A stretch of 64,000 nt of DNA from Bacteroidota bacterium (GTDB lineage Bacteria > Bacteroidota > Bacteroidia > Flavobacteriales_D > Sanyastnellaceae), in assembly GCA_027621555.1 (NCBI GenBank), contig JAQCBJ010000002.1:30796-94795 (forward strand), read 5' to 3'. The notes beneath the pieces are model-generated. The model made no database searches and was not told the origin of the DNA. It saw only the letters and a program-made list of their open reading frames with translations. Shown piece after piece: positions 32,852-42,732 of the stretch. Within the stretch, counting starts at the first letter, position 1. Every line of letters begins with the position of its first letter. The position numbers and the translations under genes were made by a program.

Positions 32852-34399
32852 TCAGTGATCATTCTCTGCGCTCTCCTTTTTCTCCTCGGGGGCGAAGTAC
32901 GGAACGGTCTCTTCAAGCCCTTCCAGCTGGGACAAGATTTCCGCCAATTGAACGGCACCCACTTGTTTGGCCACGATCTTTTTGTCTTCGTCGAGCAAGA
33001 ACATCTTGGGCGTGGCATACACGTCAAACGTGGTGCGGAAATTCAGGCTCTCAAGGTTCGTCACTCCTCCATAAATCAGCGCGGTGGCGCTGTCTTGGGC
33101 GTTGATCAACGGGTTGTCCGAAACGTTGATCCATTGGTTGAATTCCTTCTCGCGGATGTACTTCTGCCAAGGCTCGGGTTCGAAATCGTTGCCAATGGCG
33201 AAAATCTCAAGACCTCGGGGCTTCCATTCGTCGTAGATGCGCTCGAGCTTGGGCATTTCCTTTTTGCAGTGCCCGCACGTGCTTTCCCAAATGCAGATGA
33301 GCGTGTATTTGGCATCCACTTCGTAAAGCTGCACCCAGTTCTCCTGGTCGAGGTCAGGCAGGGTGATGTTGGGTGGACGGTTCCCACAAAGCGTGTGTTT
33401 GAGGTCATCCGCACGTTCGAGGATCTTCTTGAGTTGTTCGTCGGTGAGCCAGTCCACCATGCCCGTGCGGTAGTAGGAATTGACGAGGTCGACAAAGACC
33501 TTGTCCACACACATGATCTTGGAGGATTCGCTCGCATACGTCATGTGGTGGAGCACGTATTTGAACATGTCCTGGTTGCCCGCATCTAGGGTTTTCTTGA
33601 GGAGGCCGTGGGCCTCGGCAATCATCGTGTCGGGAATTTGGGGAAGGACCTTAGCCCAATAGCGTGAAATCAATTGGTCAAAGGCCCCGTCTCGAACCAA
33701 GCGAGGATCTGAGAAATCCACGCGATCCCAGTAATGCTTGCGATACCAGAGGTACTGCCACATGGCTTTGTCTTTCACCTCTGCGGGAGCTTCAGGAACA
33801 GAAGGTTCGTTCACCATGGTGAGGAACTTCCCAAACAGGAAGTTTCTCGGATCGTTTGTGAGGTAGTACTGGTATTCATTGACTTCGTCGGTCAAGGCTT
33901 GAAGGCCCGCTCTCGCAGTCGTTTTTTCTTCTTCGGTGGCGTTTTCATCTTGAAGAATTTCGTCGAAAGGGGCGCGCTCACTTCGCTTCTCCTTGATGAA
34001 GTTGAGGTACCCGTAAAACACTTCGTTTTCCTTGCTCTGAAGGACCTCGATGTCGCCAGCTGGATTGGAGGCCGATGTCTTGAATTCCATGGGTTCATCG
34101 ACCATCAAAAACTCGAAGAACTTGGGGCCTGGAACAACGACAGCGTATTTGCCCCCTTCCTCAAAAGGCTTGCCGTCAAAGACAACGGTTCCTTGTTCGT
34201 TGGCCACCGCGGTGTCGTTGTAGAACAGTTTGGCGCCGTAATAGTGGGCCAGGTACACTGTGTCGTTGGAGAGGCCGTCGACGTGAACGGTCAAGGTGCT
34301 TTGGGATTGTGCCAAAACCGGCTGGCTGACTGTCAACGCGCCGACCAAAGCACAGGCAAGAAGTGAACGGAGAAGTCTTTGCAAAGGTTGAATTCTCAT
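32852..34399 (-). CDS. Secreted thioredoxin-fold protein (TlpA/ResA-like) with a long N-terminal domain
   Basis: WESTCGHCKKEMP CxxC motif in a Trx-like C-terminal domain. Signal peptide MRIQPLQRLLRSLLACALVGALTVSQPVLAQ. Start 34399 is supported by TACATTTG 20 nt upstream. Confidence 0.8.
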   Translation of the reverse strand: MRIQPLQRLLRSLLACALVGALTVSQPVLAQSQSTLTVHVDGLSNDTVYLAHYYGAKLFYNDTAVANEQGTVVFDGKPFEEGGKYAVVVPGPKFFEFLMVDEPMEFKTSASNPAGDIEVLQSKENEVFYGYLNFIKEKRSERAPFDEILQDENATEEEKTTARAGLQALTDEVNEYQYYLTNDPRNFLFGKFLTMVNEPSVPEAPAEVKDKAMWQYLWYRKHYWDRVDFSDPRLVRDGAFDQLISRYWAKVLPQIPDTMIAEAHGLLKKTLDAGNQDMFKYVLHHMTYASESSKIMCVDKVFVDLVNSYYRTGMVDWLTDEQLKKILERADDLKHTLCGNRPPNITLPDLDQENWVQLYEVDAKYTLICIWESTCGHCKKEMPKLERIYDEWKPRGLEIFAIGNDFEPEPWQKYIREKEFNQWINVSDNPLINAQDSATALIYGGVTNLESLNFRTTFDVYATPKMFLLDEDKKIVAKQVGAVQLAEILSQLEGLEETVPYFAPEEKKESAENDH

Positions 34400-34419
34400 C
34401 GAATCGATTTTTAGACGTC

Positions 34420-34427
34420 CAAATGTA
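34420..34427 (-). promoter_or_regulatory. -7 box TACATTTG, 20 nt upstream of ATG 34399
   Basis: The minus strand reads cacTACATTTGgacgtctaaaaatcgattcgATG. Confidence 0.45.
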
Positions 34428-34488
34428 GTGCGATGCACAAGGGTGAAAGCAATCTTTGTGCCAACGCGTCACAAGTTTTTGCAACTGC

Positions 34489-36162
34489 ATGGAAGCATTG
34501 AGAATAAGAGTGGTGGTAATCGGTGCGGGTCGGATTGGGGCCCATGTTGCACGCGAATTGCACAAATGCGGAGCAGAAGTGGTGGTGACGACGAAGAATT
34601 CACAGACTACTAGGGCGATGGAGTGCCTCGGCATTCCCGTCATGTCATGGCGATGGGAACCTGGAGTTTCGTGGGAAGCTCCTTGTTCTTTTGAGGCAGA
34701 CGTCTGGTTTGTGACTGTGCCTCCAAGGGGCGGGCAAGAACGTGCGGAGCTGTTCCATCGAGAATTGAATGAGGCCGCCCATCACAGGCGCGTCCAGAGG
34801 TTGATTTGGACCTCATCGACGTCAGTTTATCATCCCGAGCAATCCGGAGAAATCTGGGAGGTGGATGCAGGGCATCATTCGTCGCGGCACACGGGAGTGG
34901 ACATGCTGGCGCTTGAAAACATCCACCGAGCGGCACAACCTCGTCTCGCTTTTGTGGCCATGCGTCTCGGAGGACTTTTCTCACAGTCCCGCCACCCGAT
35001 TTCGGCCTTGTTAAAGCGGAATCCTGTCGAATCGGCAGACGGTCACGTGCAGTGGCTCCACGAAGTCGATGCGGTCAGCGCGTGCGTCAAGGCCATTTGT
35101 TCTGCGCATGAGATGCCTGATGCCATCAACGTTGTGGCACCACAGCATGCCACGCGACGCATGCTCCTTGAGGCAGGATTCAATTCCAATTGCCTGCCTG
35201 CCATGATCAATGGGGGAGTGAAAAGGAGGGTGAAATCAGACGTTCTAGACTCTCTTGGAATGACATGGAAGGTGCCGAGTCCAGTCGAATGGGTGAGAAG
35301 ACATCCCGGAACAACCGAAGAGGGCAGGTGGCATGGTCCACATGGCCCATTGAATTGGACGCGGCACCGGGTTGTTGGGGCACGTCGAAACGGGGTCGTT
35401 CTCATGGTCCACGGATACAAAGGGTTTCGTCGTTGGGGCAATTGGTTTGGGGTCGCGCACAAGCTCGTTGAGGCGGGGTGGGAAGTGGTGCGTTTGGATT
35501 TTTCGCACAACGGACATCTCGCCCCTTTCGACGGAGATTGCTTGGACGAAGAGGCCTGGAGCGCAAACCGCTACCACATGGAAGTCGACGAGGTTGAATT
35601 CGGTCTAGCTCAGCTCAGCAAGGAATGTGAGGACCCCGTTGTCGTTTTTGGACACAGCCGGGGAGGTGCCATTGCAGCGCTTGGAGCGGCACAACATCAG
35701 CGAAGTGGAGGCAAGTTGAGTGGGGTGTCCATGTGGTCTCCGGTGTCTGATTTGTTTTCTCGATTCCCTTCCGGCAAGGAGCTCGAGGAATGGGAGGCGC
35801 GCGGATTCGTCGAAGTGGTGAATGGCCGAACGGGGCAAGTCCTCCATCACCCTTTCGACTTCTTCTCGGAGTCACAATCGCGGAAAGAATTGCTCGATGT
35901 CCAGAACGCCATCACGTCGCTCTCTTGCGAAATCTTAGTCGTGCATGGAGATGCCGACGAAGTCATCATGCCGTTTGAGGGGAAGCGAATCGCAGGATGG
36001 GCCAAGTCAGGGTCCTATGAGCTGATCGAAGGCGGAAACCACGTGTTTGGAATGAGCCACCCTTGGCCCGAAGCCCGCGAGCAGCCACCAGCACTCAGCG
36101 CCGCCCTGCGGGCGCAGAACCAGTGGTTGAACCATCTTCTTTCGTCGGCAGGGGGCGAATAG
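34489..36162 (+). CDS. Two-domain protein: NAD(P)-binding Rossmann (epimerase/SDR-like) N-half fused to an alpha/beta-hydrolase C-half
   Basis: MEALRIRVVVIGAGRIGAHVAREL (GxGxxG), then VVLMVHGYKGF...VVFGHSRGGAIAA (GxSxG)...VVHGDADEV. AATCTTTG box at 34451-34458. Confidence 0.7.
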   Translation: MEALRIRVVVIGAGRIGAHVARELHKCGAEVVVTTKNSQTTRAMECLGIPVMSWRWEPGVSWEAPCSFEADVWFVTVPPRGGQERAELFHRELNEAAHHRRVQRLIWTSSTSVYHPEQSGEIWEVDAGHHSSRHTGVDMLALENIHRAAQPRLAFVAMRLGGLFSQSRHPISALLKRNPVESADGHVQWLHEVDAVSACVKAICSAHEMPDAINVVAPQHATRRMLLEAGFNSNCLPAMINGGVKRRVKSDVLDSLGMTWKVPSPVEWVRRHPGTTEEGRWHGPHGPLNWTRHRVVGARRNGVVLMVHGYKGFRRWGNWFGVAHKLVEAGWEVVRLDFSHNGHLAPFDGDCLDEEAWSANRYHMEVDEVEFGLAQLSKECEDPVVVFGHSRGGAIAALGAAQHQRSGGKLSGVSMWSPVSDLFSRFPSGKELEEWEARGFVEVVNGRTGQVLHHPFDFFSESQSRKELLDVQNAITSLSCEILVVHGDADEVIMPFEGKRIAGWAKSGSYELIEGGNHVFGMSHPWPEAREQPPALSAALRAQNQWLNHLLSSAGGE

Positions 36163-36177
36163 CCCCACATTCATAAA

Positions 36178-36205
36178 GAAAGGGCCAACAACTGTTGGCC
36201 CTTTC
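36178..36205. terminator. Bidirectional hairpin terminator between convergent genes
   Basis: GAAAGGGCCAAC-aact-GTTGGCCCTTTC, a 12-bp stem. Confidence 0.7.
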
Positions 36206-36234
36206 GCGTGCGGAGCGATCTCCAAACGAATCGG

Positions 36235-37170
36235 TTACTTCTGAATCACCAGGCGGCGCGTCACGCGCTTGGAACCGTTGATCAATTCGAGGAGGTAAAT
36301 GCCGTTCTCGAGGTTGAGTTGAAGGTCGGTTCCCATCGCAAGGTCATGGCGGCGTTCTTGCATGACCACCTTGCCGTCAAGTCCGAGCACGCGGATTTGG
36401 GCATCTTGAAGGTTGGCTTGCAACCAGATGAAATCTTGCGCAGGGTTGGGGCCAAATTGGCACTCAATCGGCATGAGGTCACCCAATCCATCAGTCAGAG
36501 GCATTCCGTAGTCGATGTAGATGTCATCAACGTAGTACAGGGGGGGCACCGATGCGTCACCGAGTGCGTAGAAATTGATGCCTCCTACAGTGGCGCCGTC
36601 GTAAGGGAGTTGAGCCATGTACTCGTCGTTGTGGTACAGGTGCAACAATCCGGCGTTGATGTCAACGAAGTGAGTGACCTTGAGCCATTCTCCAGGGGTG
36701 TACGTCGTATCAAGATGCGTGACCCCTTCCCGGGTGATTTGCATCGTTCCGTCAGAATTGAAGAAACAGCTGAAGGCCCATTGCCCATCGTCTGCACCCC
36801 AGCTGCCGCCCGTGCCGTAGGCTTCTTGCATGTTGTAGTAACCGGCGCTGCTGTCTGGAACAAGGATGCTGAAAGTCACTTCGACCGTGTCTGGCACACC
36901 AATGGCAAGCATGACGTCGAGCGGTCCACCGGTCGTCGGACCCAGTAGGTCCCCTGAAATTTTCAACGATTGGTTGCCCGACTGTGCGGCTTCATCGGTG
37001 ATGGGGGCATCTTCTTCAGTGCCCTCTCCGTTTGCATTCCAAGTTTCCCAGGCCGTTGCAACCACTCCAATGTAGTCGCCCACGTTGTAGCTCTCGAAGT
37101 CTTCCGTGAGCAATTGGGCTTGAACCGAACCGACAACCAACATCAAGGCGGGGAGTAAGAATTTTTTCAT
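36235..37170 (-). CDS. T9SS type-A C-terminal-sorting-domain protein (jelly-roll/LamG-like passenger)
   Basis: Signal peptide MKKFLLPALMLVVGSVQAQ. CTD ...FGPNPAQDFIWLQ...NGIYLLELINGSKRVTRRLVIQK. Confidence 0.75.
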   Translation of the reverse strand: MKKFLLPALMLVVGSVQAQLLTEDFESYNVGDYIGVVATAWETWNANGEGTEEDAPITDEAAQSGNQSLKISGDLLGPTTGGPLDVMLAIGVPDTVEVTFSILVPDSSAGYYNMQEAYGTGGSWGADDGQWAFSCFFNSDGTMQITREGVTHLDTTYTPGEWLKVTHFVDINAGLLHLYHNDEYMAQLPYDGATVGGINFYALGDASVPPLYYVDDIYIDYGMPLTDGLGDLMPIECQFGPNPAQDFIWLQANLQDAQIRVLGLDGKVVMQERRHDLAMGTDLQLNLENGIYLLELINGSKRVTRRLVIQK

Positions 37171-37227
37171 GAATCAAGGTTTGACAGAGAATGAATGATT
37201 TGACCGGGAAAATAGGAATCATCTGTC

Positions 37228-38073
37228 ATGTATACCGAACATTGCCCCATGATTTGGGAAGGAAACCTTCGAAAGATGGATGCGTCTGTGGATGAACAGG
37301 GTTTGGTGTCCTATTCGATGCGTGGGGCAAATGTGCTCGAAGAACTGCCAAGTTGGTCGCTTTCGGAGTGTTTGGGGCGATCCTTGCGCATGACGTTTGA
37401 CGGGGACATCCATTGCGTCGCAACGGGCAAAAAGGTCAAGAAGACCTACGGAGAAGGATTGTCTTACGAGGCCTTTGTGGCATCGCCTCTAGCTTGTCCA
37501 AGCATATTGCGGCCAGAGTTGAGTCGGATTCATGAGGGCGTCGCTTTGCGAGATGAGGAATGGGAACGTGAACACCATTTGAAGCCTCACGTCGTCTATG
37601 TCAGCTTGACTTCGCACCTTAAAGTGGGGGTGACGCGCTCCACCAACGTTCCTTCGCGATGGGTGGATCAGGGGGCGGTGGGGGCCTTGGTGGTCGCCCA
37701 TGCACCCTACAGGCAATTGGCTGGAGAAATGGAGGTTGCGTTGAAGGGCGTGCTTTCAGATAAGACCAATTGGCGGGCCATGCTTCAACATGTTTCGATG
37801 AACGAGGGCGCTCTGGTGGAGGCGAAAAAGTCCTGTTTGACGGAGCTTGGTGTTGCTTATGAGTCGTTCTTTGAGTTGGACGACAACGTGACTTCTCTGC
37901 GTTATCCTGTGCTCGAATACCCTGAAAAGGTGAAGAGTGTGAAACTCGACAAAAAGCCTCAAATCGAAGGCACGTTGATGGGCATCAAGGGCCAGTATTG
38001 GCTTTTCGATGATGGACGGGTTTGGAACGTCCGTAGCCATTCTGGCTACCGAATTCGTCTTGAAATCAATTGA
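37228..38073 (+). CDS. DUF2797-like protein
   Basis: PHVVYVSLTSHLKVGVTRSTNVPSRWVDQGA and the upstream GKKVKKTYGEGLSYEAF segment resemble DUF2797. The start is uncertain. Confidence 0.55.
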   Translation: MYTEHCPMIWEGNLRKMDASVDEQGLVSYSMRGANVLEELPSWSLSECLGRSLRMTFDGDIHCVATGKKVKKTYGEGLSYEAFVASPLACPSILRPELSRIHEGVALRDEEWEREHHLKPHVVYVSLTSHLKVGVTRSTNVPSRWVDQGAVGALVVAHAPYRQLAGEMEVALKGVLSDKTNWRAMLQHVSMNEGALVEAKKSCLTELGVAYESFFELDDNVTSLRYPVLEYPEKVKSVKLDKKPQIEGTLMGIKGQYWLFDDGRVWNVRSHSGYRIRLEIN

Positions 38074-38644
38074 GGGAAGGGTCGCTTGGTGCGTTGGCGA
38101 TGTGGGTGAACCCGTCGCCCATGCTTGAAATCAAACGCTTCCAGAACGATTCGTTCTCTTCGTCGGTCCGCATGATGTCTTGACGCTCCACGTCAGCAAC
38201 GAACCAAGACCGGCTTCGGATTTCGTCCTCAAGCTGCGCAGGGGACCAACCGCTGTACCCAATGAAAAAACGAATCTCGGAGGAGGTCAAAGAACCGCCG
38301 AGCAACAAATCGCGGATTTGATCGAAATCCCCGCCCATGTACACGCCGTCCACGACTTCGATGCTCTCGGCAATGTCAGCACGGGTGTGCAAGTAATAGA
38401 GGTTGCCGTTTTTGACGGGGCCACCGACGCTGATGCGGGTGTTGAGTTTGGGCAGATCATCCATCACTTCGTCCACGTCGATGTCGACGAAATTGTTGAG
38501 CACAAACCCAAAGCTGCCCTCTTCGTTGTGTTCGCACAACAACACCACCTTTCGCCCAAAATAGGGGTCGTCCAAAAACGGCTCGCTCAAGAGCACGTTG
38601 CCTGCGCGAGGCGAGGCTTGGTTGCTGGGGGTGAAACGGATCAT
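38066..38644 (-). CDS. YqgE/AlgH family protein (UPF0301)
   Basis: LLSEPFLDDPYFGRKVVLLCEHNEEGSFGFVLN, GGPV, IGYSGWSPAQLEDE. Start taken at ATG 38644. Confidence 0.85.
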   Translation of the reverse strand: MIRFTPSNQASPRAGNVLLSEPFLDDPYFGRKVVLLCEHNEEGSFGFVLNNFVDIDVDEVMDDLPKLNTRISVGGPVKNGNLYYLHTRADIAESIEVVDGVYMGGDFDQIRDLLLGGSLTSSEIRFFIGYSGWSPAQLEDEIRSRSWFVADVERQDIMRTDEENESFWKRLISSMGDGFTHIANAPSDPSLN

Positions 38645-38717
38645 CGATGCTGTGGTTCGGACAAGGCCGGAGGCTTGCTTACGGAGAACTCGGCACAAAG
38701 TTCCGTCATTTGCAGTC

Positions 38718-40529
38718 ATGATGCACAACGCGGTGGCATGGGGAGCCCTTTTCCTCGTTTTGGCTACGGGATGTCAGGGTCCTGAGCAGGGAGCTACGAG
38801 CAAGTCGACGGAGGCGGTGTGGCCTGTAGAACGGTTGTTGACGGCCAACCAAACGCCGACGTGGGAAGAAGCAGTCGCCTTGGCTCAACGGCTTGCCGAT
38901 TCAGACAGCCGCTGCACCCTGCACGAAGTGGGGGTCAGTGACGTGGGACGACCCATCCATGCCTTGGTGTTGACGAGCCGCGAAGGGGATGACGTGGCGC
39001 GAGACCTGGAAGGCGTTCGTCATCGTTTGTCCCAAGAGGAACGCAGCAAAGTGACCGTGTTGGTCAACAACGCCATCCACCCGGGGGAGCCCTGCGGGGT
39101 CAACGCCAGCTTGGCCCAGGTCGCCGAATGGCTTGAACAAGCAGATGGGCCAGATCATCCCTTGCGCGCGATGAACTGGGTGGTCGTGCCTCAGTACAAC
39201 GTAGGGGGTGCCTCGCGTCGAAATTGTTGCACGCGTGCCAACCAAAACGGTCCCGAGTCGTACGGCTTTCGGGGGAACGCGGCCAATTTGGACTTGAACC
39301 GGGACTTTGTCAAAATGGACAGCCGCAACGCGGAGGCCTTTGTGGGGCTTTACCATGCGGTTGACCCGGACGTTTTTGTCGACACGCACACCTCGAACGG
39401 TGCGGATTACCCGTACACGATGACGTTGATCACGACGCAGCCAGACAAGGCCGGACCCGTGTTGGGGCCCTTCCTGCGAGATGTGATGGAGCCGGCGTTG
39501 TTCGCCGCCATGGACACCGCGGGGTGGCCCACAGTGCCCTACGTGTACAGCCGTGGGGAGACTCCAGCCGACGGCATCGTTGGGTTTTTGGAGACACCTA
39601 GGTACAGCACGGGATACACGACCCTGTTTGGTACGTTGGGCTTCACCACAGAAGCGCACATGCTGAAGCCCTTTCCCGATCGCGTAGCAGCCACGCATGC
39701 TTTCTTGCAGGTGCTGTCGGATTGGCTCGTGTCGCATGGCAAGGAGGTTGTCGCCAAGCGCGAGGAGGAGAGGGCGCGCCTTGCAAAGGCCTCCACCTTG
39801 CCCGTGCGCTGGGCGCTTTCAGCCCGGATGGACAGTTTGACGTTTACGGGGTACACCCCGCGCCGGGAATGGAGCGCGGTCACACAGGGGACACGCCTTC
39901 GATACGACCGTGAAGAAACGTGGACCAAGATGATTCCATGGGCCAACCGATATGATGTGGCGGAAGAGGTCACGGTTCCCGACGCTTGGATTGTGCCTCA
40001 AGCTTGGCGACATGTTGTTGAAAGGCTTCAGACGAACGGGGTTCGCATGTCGCCCCTGTCCCAGGATACTACGATGTTGCTTGACGTGTCTTGGATTGAG
40101 TCGTTCTCGTCGTCGTCGAGGCCCTACGAGGGCCATCACCCAGTAAGCGTCGATTCAATCTCCACGACCACGTTGCCCGTTGCGCTGCATCGTGGCGATT
40201 GGGTCATTCCCTCGGACCAACCGGCCAAACGCTACCTCGCAGAGGTGTTGTCGCCCCAAGGACACGACGCGTTCTTGGTTTGGAATTTCTTCGACGCGGC
40301 TCTTCAGCGAAAAGAACATTATTCCGGATACGTCTTTGAAGACGCCGCCGCTGAGTTGCTCAAGCACGACGACGCCTTGCGCATGCGGTTTGAGGCGGCG
40401 AAATCTGCCCACCCGGAGTGGCTCGACAACCCTTCCGCGGCCTTGCGCTGGGGGGACCAACAAAGCCCGCACAACGAAGGCACCGCAAACCGCTACCCGG
40501 TGTTTCAAACCCCAAGGCTCGCGCCTTGA
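38718..40529 (+). CDS. M14-family zinc carboxypeptidase-like lipoprotein
   Basis: Lipobox LVLATGC. NNAIHPGEPCG (HxxE zinc motif). M14-like body. Confidence 0.75.
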   Translation: MMHNAVAWGALFLVLATGCQGPEQGATSKSTEAVWPVERLLTANQTPTWEEAVALAQRLADSDSRCTLHEVGVSDVGRPIHALVLTSREGDDVARDLEGVRHRLSQEERSKVTVLVNNAIHPGEPCGVNASLAQVAEWLEQADGPDHPLRAMNWVVVPQYNVGGASRRNCCTRANQNGPESYGFRGNAANLDLNRDFVKMDSRNAEAFVGLYHAVDPDVFVDTHTSNGADYPYTMTLITTQPDKAGPVLGPFLRDVMEPALFAAMDTAGWPTVPYVYSRGETPADGIVGFLETPRYSTGYTTLFGTLGFTTEAHMLKPFPDRVAATHAFLQVLSDWLVSHGKEVVAKREEERARLAKASTLPVRWALSARMDSLTFTGYTPRREWSAVTQGTRLRYDREETWTKMIPWANRYDVAEEVTVPDAWIVPQAWRHVVERLQTNGVRMSPLSQDTTMLLDVSWIESFSSSSRPYEGHHPVSVDSISTTTLPVALHRGDWVIPSDQPAKRYLAEVLSPQGHDAFLVWNFFDAALQRKEHYSGYVFEDAAAELLKHDDALRMRFEAAKSAHPEWLDNPSAALRWGDQQSPHNEGTANRYPVFQTPRLAP

Positions 40530-40535
40530 TGGCGC

Positions 40536-40543
40536 TAAGTTTG
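40536..40543 (+). promoter_or_regulatory. -7 box TAAGTTTG, 4 nt upstream of ATG 40548 (predicted leaderless)
   Basis: Reads TAAGTTTG-cctc-ATG. Confidence 0.5.
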
Positions 40544-40547
40544 CCTC

Positions 40548-41504
40548 ATGCCAGCACCAAACAAGCACAACCAGGGGTGGTTACCCGAGGACTGGACGTC
40601 CAAGTCGGCGTGGCTTGAAAGCGCCCACCGTGCGGCTCGGTTGTTGCGTCAGCAAGTGGCGCAGGCCACGCCGCAACAACTTCGGCAAGCGCTTGAGGTT
40701 GCTGCGAGGGTGAATCCCGGTCCTTGGGGGGGAGATTTTCACGAAGTCCAATTTGCCGACTGGAAGGGTGCTGAAGTGACGTGGAAGGAGCACCGGCAGG
40801 GCACGGTGGTTTGGGTGCACGGCGGGGCGTTTGCCTTTGGCAGTCCACGTGTGTACCGAGCTGCGGCCGTCCATTTGGCCAAACACACCAAGTGCCGCGT
40901 GCTCATGCCCGCCTACCGGTTGGCCCCCGAACACACGTACCCCGCGGCACACGACGACGTGTGCCGTGCCTTGGAGGCCATCTGTGCGGAATATGGCGAT
41001 GTGGTGGTTGTGGGGGATTCTGCGGGAGGCAATTTGGTGCTCAGCGCCTTGGCGCGTCTTGAGGAAAGCGACTCGGGTCAAACCGTTCGTGGCGTGGCCT
41101 TGCTCAGTCCGTGGTGCGACCTGCGTCCCACGGCGAGAAGCATTGTCCAGAACGCTGTCGCCCACAGCCCGTTCGATTCGGAGGATTCCATGGAGTACAG
41201 CCAATCGTATTTGGGGGGACATTCGCCGGAAGACCCCCGGGTGTCTCCGATCCTCAGTAGGGATTTTCGTCGGTTGCCGCAAGTGTATTTGGAGTGGGCC
41301 GAAGACGAGTTCTTGGCTCCTGACATTGTGCTGTTGCGCGATGAGTTGGAGCGAAGTGGGGTTGACCTGACGGTCCGGACGGAACCGGAAGCTGTGCACG
41401 GCTGGCAAACCTTGCCGGATCTGCTTCCTGAAGCGAAAAGGTCGAGCTTGGCGTTAGGAAAGTGGGTGCGAGAGCAACTCGGCCTGCCGGTCGCGACCAA
41501 CTGA
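40548..41504 (+). CDS. Alpha/beta hydrolase fold-3 esterase/lipase (HSL family)
   Basis: VWVHGGAFAFG oxyanion motif, VVVGDSAGGNL nucleophile elbow, and C-terminal ...AVHGW. Confidence 0.85.
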   Translation: MPAPNKHNQGWLPEDWTSKSAWLESAHRAARLLRQQVAQATPQQLRQALEVAARVNPGPWGGDFHEVQFADWKGAEVTWKEHRQGTVVWVHGGAFAFGSPRVYRAAAVHLAKHTKCRVLMPAYRLAPEHTYPAAHDDVCRALEAICAEYGDVVVVGDSAGGNLVLSALARLEESDSGQTVRGVALLSPWCDLRPTARSIVQNAVAHSPFDSEDSMEYSQSYLGGHSPEDPRVSPILSRDFRRLPQVYLEWAEDEFLAPDIVLLRDELERSGVDLTVRTEPEAVHGWQTLPDLLPEAKRSSLALGKWVREQLGLPVATN

Positions 41505-41506
41505 TG

Positions 41507-42724
41507 TCATTGTCGCGGCAGGTCGGTGATGTCGTCCAATGCGGACAAGATGAGCGCGAGTCCTTGTGCCATTTCTTGTTCTGTGGCCACGAGCGGTGGC
41601 GCCAAACGAAAGGCATTCGGCACACTTAAAAACCAAAACAACAGCACGCCCAGCTCATCCTGCGACGCGAGACCGACGTCAACCGCTTTTTGGACGGCTT
41701 CCGCGCTCTCCAATTCCACGGCGAAAAACGCCCCGATGCGCCTCACGCGCTCCACGGCAGGATGCTCCTCAAGGGCCTTGTGCCAAACGCTGCAATGGCG
41801 TTCGAGCTCGGAGAAATCGAGCTCATGAAGTGCGGTTAAGGCACCCACGGCGCCCGCACACGCCATGGGGTGCCCGCCGAAGGTGGTGATGTGCCCCAGA
41901 GAGGGGTGGTGCGCGAATTGCCCGAGGAGGTCAGTGCTTGCCGCAAGAGCCCCGATGGGCATGCCGCCCCCGAGGGCTTTGCCCATGCAAAGGACGTCTG
42001 GGGTCACGCCGAAGTGCTCAAAGGCCCAAGGTTTGCCCGTTCGTCCCATGCCGCATTGGATTTCATCCAAGACCAGCAAGACTCCGGATTTGGTGCATCG
42101 ATCACGCAGAGCTTGGAGCCAGGCACGGTCTGGGATGCGAATCCCAGCGTCGCCTTGCACCGTTTCGGCGACAACACAAGCCACCGTCTCGTCCACCCGC
42201 TTCAAATCTGCGAGGTCATTCCACGTCACGAATTCCACTTCCGGAAGAAGCGGGCGAAAGGGGGCTTTGCGCAACTCGTTGGATGACACGGACAAGGCGC
42301 CATGCGTGTTTCCATGGTAGCCGCCTGTGACGGCGAACAACCGGCGACGTCCCGTCACTCGTTTGGCCAATTTCAGTGCCGCGTCAATGGCCTCGGCGCC
42401 CGAGTTAAGGAAATACACGCCGTCCAAGGATTCGGGCAGGCTGGCTCGAAGCAGGGCGCTTGCTCTCGTTTGGGCTTCCTGCAAAAACTCACCGTACACC
42501 ATGGCATGAAGGTGTCTATCCAATTGACGCTGGAGCTCGGCTTGGATGCCCGGGTGGCCGTGTCCAAAATTCGAAACCCCGATTCCGCTGATCGCGTCAA
42601 ACAACCGCGTGCCGTTCTTCAGGATCAGCCACGGGCCTTCCGCGCGGTCAACTTCAAGTCCGAGCGGGTGGAGGGTGGTGGAGGCCAAACCTCGGGACAG
42701 GAAAGGGTTCTCGGCGTACGGCAT
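41507..42724 (-). CDS. Class-III (acetylornithine/GABA-type) PLP aminotransferase
   Basis: FLNSGAEAIDAALKLA, LVLDEIQCGMGRTGK, MGKALGGGMP. Start taken at ATG 42724 (MPYAENPF). Confidence 0.88.
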   Translation of the reverse strand: MPYAENPFLSRGLASTTLHPLGLEVDRAEGPWLILKNGTRLFDAISGIGVSNFGHGHPGIQAELQRQLDRHLHAMVYGEFLQEAQTRASALLRASLPESLDGVYFLNSGAEAIDAALKLAKRVTGRRRLFAVTGGYHGNTHGALSVSSNELRKAPFRPLLPEVEFVTWNDLADLKRVDETVACVVAETVQGDAGIRIPDRAWLQALRDRCTKSGVLLVLDEIQCGMGRTGKPWAFEHFGVTPDVLCMGKALGGGMPIGALAASTDLLGQFAHHPSLGHITTFGGHPMACAGAVGALTALHELDFSELERHCSVWHKALEEHPAVERVRRIGAFFAVELESAEAVQKAVDVGLASQDELGVLLFWFLSVPNAFRLAPPLVATEQEMAQGLALILSALDDITDLPRQ

Positions 42725-42732
42725 GGTGGAGT

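Noticed and set aside
37171-37227. AAACCTTG-attc-ATG upstream of the T9SS protein gene (minus strand, box at 37175-37182) as a tenth member of the N4 leaderless class.
   Set aside because: It has two mismatches to TAnnTTTG, including one in the TTTG core, which is too weak to count.
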